From the NCBI RefSeq assembly GCF_032191835.1, contig NC_083239.1:56792001-56856000 (forward strand): 64,000 bases of DNA, read 5' to 3'. Of this stretch, positions 1-12,600 are shown in pieces. The first letter of the stretch is position 1. Each line of letters starts with the position of its first letter. The stretch is from Heteronotia binoei (lineage: Eukaryota). The notes below the pieces were generated by a model. It saw nothing but the letters and a program-made list of their open reading frames with translations. It did not search any database and was not told where the DNA came from. Position numbers and translations under genes: made by a program.

Positions 1-620
1 GTTGTTGGCGCTCCAGAGGAACTGGCTGGCCCCTGTGGGAGACAGGATGCTGGACTAGATGGACCCTCCCTGGTCTGATCCAGCAGGGCTCTTCTGAGGT
101 TCTTCTCAGGGGAAGGCCTCGGCCTCTCTGCCCTGTTGTTGGCCCTCCAGAGGAACTGGGTGACCACTGTGTGAGACAGGAGGCTGGACTAGATGGACCC
201 TCCCTGGTCTGATCCAGCAGGGCTCTTCTGAGGTTCTTCTCAGGGGAAGGCCTTGGCCTCTCTGCCCTGCTGTTGGCCCTCCAGAGGAACTGGCTGGCCA
301 CTGTGTGAGACAGGAGGCTGGACTAGATGGACCCTCCCTGGTCTGATCCAGCAGGGCTCTCCTGATGTTCTTCTCAGGGGAAGGCCACAGCCTCTCTGCC
401 CTGTTGTTGGCCCTCCAGAGGAACTGGGTGACCACTGTGTGAGACAGGAGGCTGGACTAGATGGACCCTCCCTGTTCTGATCCAGCAGGCCTCTTCTGAT
501 GTTCTTCTCAGGGGAAGGCCTCGGTCTCTCTGCCCTGTTGTTGCCCCCCCAGAGGAACTGGGTGGCTCCTTTGTGAGACAGAAGGCTGGACCAGATGGAC
601 TTTCACTGGTCTGATGTTAT
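1..620 (+). repeat. Tandem array with 134-bp period (about 4.6 copies), each unit resembling a CR1 3' end
   Basis: TTCTCAGGGG recurs at 103, 237, 371 and 505. Units carry GGACTAGATGGACC...CTGATCCAGCAGGGCTCTTCT, similar to the 3' tail of the CR1 at 45258. Confidence 0.85.
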
Positions 621-667
621 GGCAGGCCAGATGTGGCACCAAGTGATTGGTTCTCTCTCTCCTGCAG

Positions 668-3600
668 TCTTATGCCCTCTCATCTGCCAAAATGGGGGGG
701 TCTGTCTGAAAAAGGACAAGTGTCTCTGCCCTCCCCACTGGACAGGCAAGTTCTGCCACCTCCCAGCGCTGCCTCACTCCCACAGCCAGGGCCCCACCCG
801 CCGAGGAGCTGAGGAGGCCTCTCCCGCCCAGAGGGCAGTGACCAAGTCCACCTACACCCTGCCCATTGCCAACCATCGCCAGGAGCATGATGGTAAGGGG
901 TGTGCTGGGGGCTCTGGTGGAAGGCTGGGGTGATGGGGGGGACGGAGCCCCTCGGGGCCAGCAGAGGGCACAGAAGGCAGGAGGGGCTCCTTCAGCTGTC
1001 TGGTCTGGCTGGAGCTCCCCCAGGCCCTGCAAAGCAAGAAGGGACCTGGGAGGCTGCCTTGGGTCGAGGTCAAAATGGTCTCCAGTGGGATAAAAGAGAG
1101 GGGAGACGGGGGGGGGGGGGGCTTTTGTGGAGATGTAATCAATAGGGGCCAAATTCTCCCCCCACAACAGACACCCTTGTGAGGTAGGTGGGGCTGAAAG
1201 AGCTCTCCCAGAAGCTGCTCTTTCAAGGACAACTCCTATGAGAGCTCTGGCTGACCCAAGGCCATCCCAGCAGGTGCAAGTGGAGGAGGGGGGAATCAAT
1301 CCTGGTTCTCCCAGATAAGAGTCTGCACACTTAACCACTATACCAAACTGGCTCTCTAAGAAGATGATACTGGATTTATACCCCACCCTTCACTCTGAAT
1401 CTCAGAGCAGCTTACAATCTCCTATATCTTCTCCCGCAACAACAGACACCCTGTGAGGTGGGTGGGGCTGAGAGGGCTCTGACAGAAGCTGCCCTTTCAA
1501 GGACAACTCCTGCGAGAGCCATGGCTGATCCAAGGCCACTCCAGCAGCTGAAAGTGGAGGAGTGGGGAATCAAACCCGGTTCTCCCAGATAAGAGTCCGT
1601 GCACTTCACCACTACACTAGACTGGCTCTCAGCCTGAGAGGGGCATCAGCTGGGTGGACATATCTGGGAGTTTATAATGTTCTCTCTGCTGTTCCTGGAG
1701 GCTGCTGGGCCCGCATGAAGAGGGAGGGAGTGGCTCCAGCAGAGGGCAAAGCCCCCCCCCTTGCCCCTTGCAGGGACAACACCTCTCTCTTTCCCCCTTT
1801 TAGGGGAGGGATGGTGGCTCAGTGATAGAGCATCTGCTTGGTAAGCAGAAAGTCCCAGGTTCAATCCCCAGCATCTCCTCAACTCAAAAAGGTCCAGGCA
1901 AAGAGGCATGAAAAACCTCCCCTGGAGAGCTGCTGCCAGTCTGAGTAGACAAGTCTGACTTGGATGGACCTCAGTAGAAGGCAGCTTCAGATGCTCCTAT
2001 GTTGGTGCACCTGTGACGGCTGTTGTGATCTGTCCCCTTCTCAGGCGTGGCCTCGATGGTGAACGTCCACGTGGAGCACCCCCCGGAGGCCTCGGTGGCC
2101 ATCCACCAAGTGGAGCGGGTGAAGGAGGAGGCGGAGGAGCTGCCCACGGGAGACACCAACGCCCTCCCCTTCGCCCCTCGTGCCCTCTACAGCGTCTTGG
2201 CGCAGAGCAGCTCTCGGGACCCAGGCGGTGGCTACAGCGAGGACTCGGGGTTTGGCTACTGCTTCAGGCACCTGCGGGGCGGAGAGGTGACGGAGGGCTG
2301 GGGCTGCTGCACACCCCCATCCCCCGGGCTGAATCTGACTGCCTTCCCGTTAGTTCCAGGTCACTGAGCAGGGCTGCATTTCCGCTTGGCTCGAGGAGTC
2401 CTCAAGGAAGGAGCCCTCAGCCGTCTTCCCTCTCCATCTTCCTGCCCTGGGCATGCCCACACAAGACAAGTGGGCACATGGGCAAGGGCCTTGAAGGCAC
2501 GCAGGAGGTGGCCCTTGGTGGTCTTGCCTTAGGCCCGGCTCCCCTCAGCAGGGCGGGAGGCAGCTCAGAGACGCTGCCCCACCCCCAGTGCACCCAGGCG
2601 GCTCCCTCTCTGCCCTGCGGCTGAGGCAGGCCCGCTGACCCCCTCCTGCCTCTCCTTTCAGTGCAGCGCCCCCCTGCCTGGCTTGCGCACCCGGGAAATC
2701 TGCTGCCGTGGGCATGGTGTCGCTTGGGGTGTCCAGGATTGCCAGCCGTGCAGCCGTGGGGATGGAGGTAGGGCTCTTTGGGGGGGGGGAGCTCTGCTGC
2801 TTTGGGCTGAGGCCAACCGGGCTTGTGTGCTCCCCCCCCCCCCCCGCAGCTGGAGAGAGAGGGGAGTGGCAAAGGTGACCTCCAGAGCAGGGGGAAAGGC
2901 ACGCTGCAGAGTGGGGGGAGGTTTTTCCTTGTTTGTGGGATGGCTCCTCTCACTCTGGGACTGGGCATGGGGGGGTTGCCATCTGCCCCCAGTTCCTTCC
3001 CTTATTTTACTGCTGTGATTCTCTCTCTGTGCTGTGAGGCAGACAGGATTCACGCAAAGAGGCTGGGTGTGTGGGGAAAAGATAGTTAGCCGTCCTTTTA
3101 ATTGTAGACTTCCTCTGGTGAAAACTCCTGGGTTGGGGGCAGGCCAGTAGCTGTAGCGGGGCCCGGGGGGGGGGGCAGGCCACTCCATTCAACCCCCCCT
3201 CCCATCAGTAGGGCTTCAAGCTGCCCCCTTTGCTCCCCGCCACTTGCTGCCGCTCTGAACAAGTGCAGCATTGCTACTGGAGGGGCTTCAGATCGGCCTG
3301 GGGGGGCGGGTTGGGAAGAGAAGCCTACTTGCAGCCTGACCCCCCTGGAAGGTTTACTGAGTTAGATGGGGCGGTGGGGGGGCTTTGCTTTACAAGAGAA
3401 CCAGAGAAAGTGTTTAGGGCCAAACTGGGTGGCCCCCTGCCCCCCCAAAAGAAAAAATGCTGCAGGAGGCCCTACCACACATGAGCTCCTGCCACGGCCC
3501 TGGCTGGGGGTCTTCAAGGGCTTGGCAGGGGGCAACGGAGGCCCCTCTTCTCTCTCTCAGCCCCCTCTCCCCGCCCCTCAGGGGACCCTGGTGGTGCCGC

Positions 3601-6600
3601 AGGAAGGAACGAGGTGTCTTGTCCCCAGGGCTTTCGGAGGCAGAACGGCTCCTGCGTGGGTGAGTGGGCGGGGGCCTGCGTGGCTCTCCGGTTCTTCCCC
3701 GGGAGGGGGGCTCTCTTGTCATCCCCATTCCCCCGTGCCCCCCCAGCCTTCTGTCTGTCCCCCTCCCCACCTGCCAGATATTGACGAGTGCCAGGAGAGG
3801 CTGTACTGCCGCAGCAACGGGGATTGCACCAACACCCGCGGCAGCTTCGCCTGCCTTTGCCACGAGGGCTACATCCTGGACTCCTCCCGCAGCAGCTGCA
3901 TCTGTGAGTGCCCATCCCTCCCCCCCCCCTGGCCAGGCTGGGCAAGTGCTGCCCCCTGATGTCTGCTGCTGGTAGCGACCCCCAAACCTCCTTGGCCCAC
4001 GTCGGACCGTGGGATTGGGTTTTTCTTGTTTCTCATCAGCTAACCTTCTCCCGACCTCTGGCTGGCCGGCAGGGTGGAGGGAGATGTCAGAAGTCCCAGC
4101 AGCCTGAAGTCTGGGCAGAGACTAGATAAGAATCACAGAAGCATCAAAGAATCACGCAGAGCTGGCAGGGACCATAGAGGCCATCTAGTCCAGCCCCCCA
4201 TCCAAGGCAGGATCAGCCTTCATTGCCAGGACAGCAAAACCGATCCTGTGTGCTGATCCTGTGTGATGGTTTTTGTCTGCGTCAAATGTACAATTGAGAA
4301 ATAACGAGAGAGAGGTTCTTGTGGAACAGATCTGGGCCTCCCTACCCCCAAACTGGAGGTGTTCGGTACTTGCCCACTCCATCTGACCAACAACGTGCAT
4401 CGTGGCTGAAGGGACCCAGGCCCCGGCAGGGAAGCGGCTTCCCACAGCCAGCCAGTGAATTCTGATCCCAGCCCCGCCTCCCACGCAGGAAGGGGCTCAT
4501 CTGCTTCAGAATTGGGGAGGGCAGAGAAGGTTGCCAGGCTCCAGAGGGGCACTGAAGCCTTGGATCTGAAAAAATTGGCTGCCTTCTGCCCTTAAGGGGT
4601 TTGTTTTACCTGTTCCTGAAGGAAGGGGGGAACATGAAGCATTTCAGCTTCAAAGAGGAGGTATAAAGAGTCTCCCCACCACGCTGCTTTGGTGTGGGAA
4701 AACAGGTCAGGGGAGAGAGGTGATGTGATCACCATCCTCAGGTACTTGGAGGGCTGCCCTGTAGAGGATGGTGCAGAATTGTTTTCTGTGGCCCCAGAAG
4801 GCAGGACCAGAACCAAAGGATTGAAATTAAATCAGGAGAGTTTCCGACTCAACATTAGGAAGAACTTCCTGACCATTAGAGCGATTCCTCAGTGGAACAG
4901 GCTTCCTCCTTGGGAGGTGGTGGGCTCTCCTTCCTTGGAGGTTTTTAAACAGAGGCTAGATGGCCATCTGACAGCGATGAAGATCCTGTGAATTTAGGGG
5001 GAGGTGTTTGTTAGTTTCCTGCATTGTGAAGGGGGTTGGACTAGATGACCGTGGAGGTCCCTTCCAACTCTAGGATTCTGTGATTCTTCAGGAGGTGGTG
5101 GGCTCTCCTTCCTTGGAGGTTTTTAAACAGATGGCCATCTGACAGCAATGAAGATCCTGTGAATTTGTGGGGAGGCATTTGTGGGTTTCCTGAATTGTGC
5201 AGGGGGTTGGACTAGATGACCCTGGAGGTCCCTTCCAACTCTAGGATTCTATGAAAGGAGCCCCCCCCCCAGCAGTGTTCTGGGGCTGTCTGGGCTCTCA
5301 TTTATGTGTTCAAAGCTGTGTGGCTATGGGGAACATGGACCCAACTTATACAACCCCCCAGTGTGGAATTTCAAGGCCCTTCACCTTCTCAAATTACACC
5401 TGCTTCCTGCAAGCAGGGCAGCCCCCCCCCCCCCCCCATCTGAAGAAAAGGCAAACACATCGCTTATTTTATTGTCTGCCTTGCTGAGCTGCTGTGCCCT
5501 CTTCCAGCGGCCTTCTTTCCCTCTGTTTCTGGCTGCAAACGGGCAGTCCTTCGGTGCCATTCTGGGTTCCGTGGGCTAAGTGCAGAGTCTGCTTGCCGTC
5601 AGATGTGAGTGGGTGTCTCTGTGTTCCATTGAGCCCCTTGTTCACAAGATGTGAACTTGCAGCCTCCTGGCAGTGGGCCCAGGGTGCGAGTTCTAGCCCC
5701 CTGTTGTGCTGGGGAATGGCTCGGGGTGTCATTGTGGTTTTCTCACAGTTTCCCAGTCTGAGCTCCCTATTGGTAAAATCGGAAGAATGGAACCCCCGCC
5801 CCATTGGGCAGTTGGAGGGGGGGCAAGGGGGTCCTGATTGGGCCCTTTGTGGGTGAAAGGGGGGCCTGAATGCTGAGCAGCCCCGCGGGGGGGGGGGGGC
5901 CCTGAGGCCTGCCCCTCCTCCCTCTCCCTGCCTCTTTCTCCGCAGCCCACCACGTCATCTCGGAGGCCAAAGGGCCCTGCTTCCGGGTGCTGCGGGAGGG
6001 GGGCTGCTCCCTGCCCATCCTCCGCAACATCACCAAGCAGATCTGCTGCTGCAGCCGGGTGGGCAAGGCCTGGGGGCACGGCTGCGAAGGCTGCCCACCT
6101 TTTGGCTCAGGTGAGGCCCTGCCTGGGCAAGCGGGGGCCGGGAAGGGAAGGGAGGGAGCAGAGCGGCATCTGGGCTGCCGTGGAGCTCCGGCTGGGTGCC
6201 GTAGCAGGCCTGGCGCGGGGGGGGGGGGGGGGGCGCAGGGTCCAAAGCAGTGCTGTGAGTCTTGCCTCCCTTGACAGATGGGTTCAAGGAGATCTGCCCG
6301 GCCGGCCCTGGCTACCATTACTCGGCCTCCGACCTCCGCTTTGACACGCGCTACCTGGGCCAGGACCTGCCCCGCGTACCCGTCAGCCACCAGCCCAGTG
6401 GGCGGGAACCCGTGGCCCGCCTGCCACCCCCCACAGCCCCCCCCCACCCGTACGTCCCCCTCCTCCCTCCCTGGGTGCAAGAAGGCCCCCCAACAGCCAG
6501 CCCCACCCTGGGGCCAGCCTAGCCAGCCCTCCTCCAGCCAGGTGTGGGGGGTAAGGGGGCGGCTTTATTCCCGTGGGGGGGCACAGCACCAGCCTCCCCT

Positions 6601-9600
6601 TCCTCCCCTCCCCTGCCCCCTCCTCCTCCTCCTCCTCACGCCAGCCCCGTCTCCTCTGCAGTGCGCTGGAGCCCCCCACCCACAGTCCTGCTGGAGCGCC
6701 AGCCCCCGGGGGCTGTGCCCACTCCGCCGCCTGGCCCTGCAGCGCCAGCAGTGCCCCCAGGTACAGCCTGGGCTGGGCTGGGCGGGGGAGGGAAAGAGGG
6801 CAGGAGGCAGCTGTGGACGTCTCGCCTTCTTCCTGCAGAGGCCGGGCAGGGCATTTGCGAGCGGCGCCCCCAGGTGTGTGGTCCGGGCCGCTGCATTCCC
6901 CGCCAGGGGGGCTACACGTGCGTGTGTGATCGCGGCTACTGGCTGAGCCCGCAGGGCACCCACTGCGTCGGTGAGTGCGGCTGTGGGGCGGGGGGAGCCG
7001 GGGGACGCTGCCATTGGCCAGATGTGCAAGGGAGGGGGGAATGGGGGGCGGCCTGGCAGGCGGTGGCTGAGAAGGGACTCTGCCCCTGGGCCGATGCTCT
7101 GCTTGGGAACAGGCGGGGTGAAAGGCAAGGCAAGGCCTGCTGGAGAGCAGTGTGGCCCCTTCCTCTCCGGAGGGCAGCAGGCTTGGGCTGGGGGGAGGGG
7201 AGGGGGCAGCAGCAGGGTCTTTCCTCTGCTCTCCTCTGTGCCTCACTCCCCAGATGTGGACGAGTGTCGGCGGAGCCCCCGCCCCTGTGCCAACGGCTAC
7301 TGTGAGAACACCCGGGGCAGTTACAGCTGCCGGTGCCGGGCAGGCTACCAGGCTGACCCGTCTGGAACGGAGTGCCAGGGTGAGTCCTGCGGGGGCCCAG
7401 TGGAGGGGGGGCGATGCACAGGGGCTTGGGCCCCCCTTCCTTGACCTGGTACCTTTATCCCCCCCACTGTAGACATTGACGAGTGTGCAAAAAGCCCCTC
7501 GCCCTGTGCCAGCGGGCACTGCCACAACACCCCCGGCTCCTTCCACTGCACCTGCCCTCCCGGCTACCGTCCTGACCCGGCTGGCCTGGAGTGCCGAGGT
7601 AACGGGGCAGGCTCTGGGGAGAGATTTGGGCAAGGCGGGGGGTCCTCCTTCCAGGCTTCGCTGCCTCACGGTGCCCTGAGGCCTTGTTGCCTCCAAGGTG
7701 GCTTCCGAGTCCAGAAGGCCAAGGGGTGTGGTGGTGGCTGGCAGAGGGCTGCTGTGTGAACGGTCTGGGCAGTGCCTGTGCGGGAGCAGAGGGCGGGGTC
7801 GTCTCACGCTCTTTGCCAGCAGTGGAGGCAACAGGGGCAGGTCTGTGCGGACCCCGCAGGGGGTGATCCAGCAGGGCCGCTCTGCAGGGTCTCGCCAGCG
7901 AGCATCAAGCCGTCCCCCACGCCCCCGCATGCAGGAGGCTGAAGTAGGCGCTGGCACCGTTTTCTTCCCCTATTCTAAGGTGTTATCTCCAGGCAAATGA
8001 GCCCTCCGGGGTGTCCCAAGAAGGCCCAAGACCTTTGTTCTGGGTGCCCCCTGTTGGTGCCCCCCAGCCCTTGAAAGAGGGGGCGGGGTGTGTGACTCCA
8101 TGCCCCAGTCCTTCCTTTCTCTCTGAGCGCCTTGCCTGTGGGGAGAACGGGCCAGGCTGCTAGTGCTCAGCCTGCCCCAGTGGCTACCAGCCTGACGCCG
8201 TGGACCCCGAGGGACAGGGGACAAGAGCACCCATGAGAAGTGGCCTCCTGGTGGCCTCCCAACTCCTCGGCAGACCCCCGAGAAGGGGGCGTGGTTTCTC
8301 GGGTCAGCCTGGAGGCTGCGGTAAAGCAGGGTTGCCTCTGAGCATGTGCAGAGAGCCCATCTTCCCCCTGCTGCCAGGAGGAGGAGAATGCCAAGGCCTC
8401 TTGTGCTCCCCCAGATGTGGATGAGTGCCGGGAGAGCCCGTCCATCTGCCACCCGGGCCGCTGTGAGAACCTGCCTGGGAGGTACCAGTGCTCCTGCCCC
8501 ATAGGCTACCAGCCCAGCCCCCAGGGGGCCCACTGTGTGGGTAAGATTACCCCAACCAGGGGGGGAGTGGTTGGCAGGGTGGGGGGGAGTGGAGCTGCTG
8601 TCCCAGCTGGGTTTCCTTTGGGCTCAGAAACTGGACAGCCCGGCTGGAGCTCGCCCTTGGTGACGGAGAGTGTCTGGCCATGTGCAGAGTTCATGGCCTT
8701 CTATGCTCCCTAGCCAGATAATCTGGGCCCTGGGGGTGCATCTCTGTGCCCTCTGCAGATGTGGATGAATGCCAGCAAGAGCCCCCGCCCTGTGGCTCTG
8801 GGCGCTGTGAGAATGTGGCTGGCGGGTACCGCTGCCTTTGCCCCCCCGGATTCCGAGCCAGCCTGACGGAGAACCAGTGCCTGGGTGAGAGCAGCGGCTG
8901 GTGGGGAGGGGGCTTCTGAGGGGGTCTCCTGGCCGCCATCACAGGGCTTCTCTTTCCAGACATCGACGAGTGCTCGACCCGGTCGCCTTGTGGCCCCCAC
9001 GGGCTCTGCACCAATGCCGAGGGCTCCTTCCATTGCCAGTGCCGGCAGGGCTACCGGATGGAGGCCCCAGAAGGCCCCTGTGCAGGCGAGTGGCTCTGAC
9101 CCAAACACACCCCTGGCCCAGCGGTGGCCGTTGGGGCATCTTCTTGTTCCCCAGCTGGGTTTTCAAGACTGCCGGGTCCTGGGGGTTTTGGGGGCTGGCT
9201 CCGGCCTGCAGTGTTGGGGGCATCTGTGGAGGAGGAGGGGGTTGGATGGATTTATCAGAGCAGCTTCCCATCTCCTCCCCTTCCTCTCCCCACAACAGAC
9301 AGCCTGTGAGGCAGGTGGGGCTGAGAGAGCTCTTTTGAGAACTGCTCTTGAGAGAACTTGCGGCTGACCCAAGGCCACACCAGCTGGCTGCTTGTGGAGG
9401 AGAGGGGAATCGAAGCCGGTTCTCCCAGATTGGAGCCCCTGCACTTCACCACTGCGATGTCCCCAACATTCTTTGGCGATTCCAGCCTAAGAGAGAATTT
9501 GCTGGGCACGCCTCCACCCCCTGCCCCCCCTCCCCCAATCCACCAGGGCTGCCTGAGGGGCATCAGGGCCTGGCTGGGGGGTTGGGAGGAAGAGGTGCCA

Positions 9601-12600
9601 CTCTGCCAGGGCCTCTTTCTCCGTGGCTCCAAGGAAGAGCCGCCCAGGTCTGTCCTGCTGTGTGAAGGGGCCCAGGCGCTGTCAAAGGGTGGGCCCCGAT
9701 AAGTCGGCCTCCTTCCCTTTGCTGTGGTCGTCAGAGAGGCAGGCCTCGCACAGAGTGCGTCGATAGACACTGAGCCTCCACTGGGCATCCTTTGCACAAC
9801 GCACAAAACCTGTCAGTGCTGGGCAAGGAGGCTGCAGGCTGCTCAGCTGGCAAAGAGACAATCGGGGGGAGGGGGGTCCCTCTCAAGGCACCAAGCCAGG
9901 TTTGCAGCTGCCTGCTGGTCAGAAGTGGACTCATGGCTGGGAGGTGGGTTCTCAGCTGCAAGTGGGGGCTGCCCAGGCTGGACACGGGCAGAAGGGGGGA
10001 GGGGCTCAGCCCAGCCACGCCCTCCTCTTTCCCCTCCCACAGATGTCAACGAGTGCCTGGAGGGGGACTTCTGCTTCCCGCGGGGGGAGTGCCTCAACAC
10101 GGAGGGCTCCTACAGCTGCCTGTGTGCCCCAGGCTTTGCCCCTGGCCCGAGTGGAGCCTCCTGCCTGGGTAAGGGACCCGGGGGAGCAGGGAGGGCTGTG
10201 GGGTACCCTCTGGGGGTCCTGGGCACCCCCCAGCAAGCAGCACATGGCTCCCCCCTCGCCCACAGATATCGATGAGTGCCAGAGCAGTGCCGTGTGTGCT
10301 GGTGGACAGTGTGCCAACACAGAGGGCTCCTTCAGCTGCTACTGCCCCCCGGGCACCCGAAGCAGCCCCAACAAGGCCTCCTGCGATGGTGAGCTGTCTG
10401 GGGACACGAGGACACGAGGCCTGACTCTGCCCCTCTCCACACCTGGGGGGGCCACTGGGAGCCTGCAGACCGGAGATTGCCTCGGCCTTGGAGAGTCCCC
10501 AGGGCTTTGGCTCTTCTCCTCCCGGGCCTGCGGATCATTTGCTGGGCGCTCCCCACCCCCCCGAGATCCAGCAGGGCTGGCTGGGGGGAAGGGGTGCCGC
10601 TCTGCCAGGTCTGTTTTGCTGTGTGCGTCTCCTGAAGGGACTGGGGGCAAGAGGGCCATTCAGCTGCCTTCTCCCTGCCCTCCACCCCAGATATCGACGA
10701 GTGCCAGGAGTATGGGGCCGCCCTCTGTGGCGCCCAGCGCTGTGTGAACTCTCCTGGCTCTTACCGCTGCGTGGCAGAGTGCCAGGGGGGCTTCCAAGTG
10801 AGCCCCAGCGGGGACTGCGTGGGTGAGTCTTGTGGGGTGAAGTACCCGGGGGCAGGGGAGATGGAACTGACCCGCATCCAGAGATGCTGCAGGCAGCCGG
10901 CCTTTGGGGTGGGGCTGGGCCCCCTCTGAGGTGTGGGGCAGGCCCTGGCTGTCCTCCTGTGGCTGAAGGGATGGGGGGCCTCCATCCCAGGGAGCCCCTC
11001 AGCTGGGCTCCCCCTCCCTCCGGAGATTTCCTGCCACTTAGACCCCCCCCTCCTCTCCCCGGCCCCCCTGCTCTCCTTGCAGACATCGACGAGTGCCAGT
11101 TGTATGGGGCCCAGGCGTGTGGGGAGAGGCGCTGTGAGAACACCCCCGGGGCCTTCCAGTGCGTAGCCAGCTGCCAGTCCGGCTACCAGGCCACGGCCAC
11201 TGGGCACTGCGTGGGTGAGTGAGAGAGGGGGGGTTGCCTGGGCCATTGGGGTGGGGCCCAAAGGGCTTGTTGACCCGGCTGCTTTGCCCTGCAGACGTGG
11301 ACGAGTGCCGCAATGCCTCGCTGTGTGGTGCCCACGCCGTCTGCCACAACCTGCCCGGCTCCTTCCAGTGCATCTGCGACCAGGGCTACGAAAGCGCCCA
11401 GGACGGCCACCATTGCTTGGGTAGGGGGCGCTCGGGGGAGGGGAGGCTGCAGCAGGTGTGCGGAGTGGGGGGGGGGTCCCCAGAGGGGCTGAGCTTGCCA
11501 CCTGCCTCCCTCTCCGCACAGATGTGAACGAGTGCGAGACCCTGCAGGGCGTGTGTGGGGCAGCCCCCTGCGAGAACGTGGAGGGCTCCTTCCTCTGCAT
11601 CTGCCCTGGGCCTGCCGAGGAGTTTGACCCCATGACGGGACGCTGCCTTCGCCCCCCGGGAGCCGCAGGTGGGTGCGAGGGGGTGGGGCCGGAGAGGGGA
11701 GGGGGGTCTCAGAGGAGCAGCTAGAGATGCCCCCAAGGCCCTGCTGGTGCCCCCCCGGGGGAGCCTTCCAGCCCTCCATCCGAGTCTGTCTCTTCCAGCG
11801 CGGCCTCCAGCCTCCCCCAGGCGCCCGGGGGTTTCTGTGCCGGAGCCCCCCGCCTCTGGGCCCAGCGACAGCACCCGGCGGGAGTGCTACTATGACCCCA
11901 ACGCCGCCCAGGCCTGTGAGAACGTGCTGGCATGGAACGCCACCCGGCAGGAGTGCTGCTGCTCTCTGGGCCACGGCTGGGGCCTCGACTGCCACATCCA
12001 GCAGTGCCCGCCCCCGGGGACAGGTGAGAGGGCTCCAGGGGAGGGGCGTGGGGGCGTTCAAGGGCTCAGGCGGCGGAGGAGGAGGGGCAGCTTTGTGCTC
12101 CCCCCCAGGGAACAGCTTCCTGCTTCCTCCTCCTCCACGTGGCTGGAGGCTGCTGATGGGGGGAGTCAAGAAGGCCAAGGCTGGCACTAACCCTCTGGTT
12201 TCCCCCAGCGGAGTTCCGGACGCTGTGCCCTCGCGGGAGTGGCTTTGCTGGCCCTGCAGGTGGGCACTCTCTCCCCGCTGCTCTGGGTGGGGGCGGGGGG
12301 CAGCCAGCTCTCCTGGGCAGGCTGGCGGGGGAGGGGCTCAGGAGCTGCTTCTCAGCCGCGTTTTCCCTCCTCCTCCTGGGGCCAGATGTGGACGAGTGCT
12401 CCCTGTTCAGCTCCCAGGTGTGCAAGGGTGGGGTCTGCGTCAACCAGGTGCCCGACTACACCTGCTACTGCCCCAGCGGCTACTACTACGAGACCCAGCA
12501 CCTGGAATGCATCGGTGAGGCAAGGGGGGGGGGTGGCGGCCCCATGGAATCTGAGGAGTGACCCCCACCCCGCCCCGCCCTCCGGATCCTGATGCCCTTC

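Noticed and set aside
1-620. CRISPR-like arrays (also 26205-26751 and 39140-39830)
   Set aside because: This is a eukaryotic context, and the units are long head-to-tail repeats with no unique spacers.
1802-1880. tRNA genes at 1802 and 50308
   Set aside because: The tRNA-like heads continue into a shared SINE body and tail, with no acceptor-stem closure.
6383-7957. Long ORFs in the track (for example 524 aa at 6383-7957, 531 aa at 40780-42375, 374 aa at 34529-35653) as independent genes
   Set aside because: They are low-complexity Pro/Gly/Ala/Arg translations expected from very GC-rich DNA, mostly antisense to or spanning introns of identified genes.
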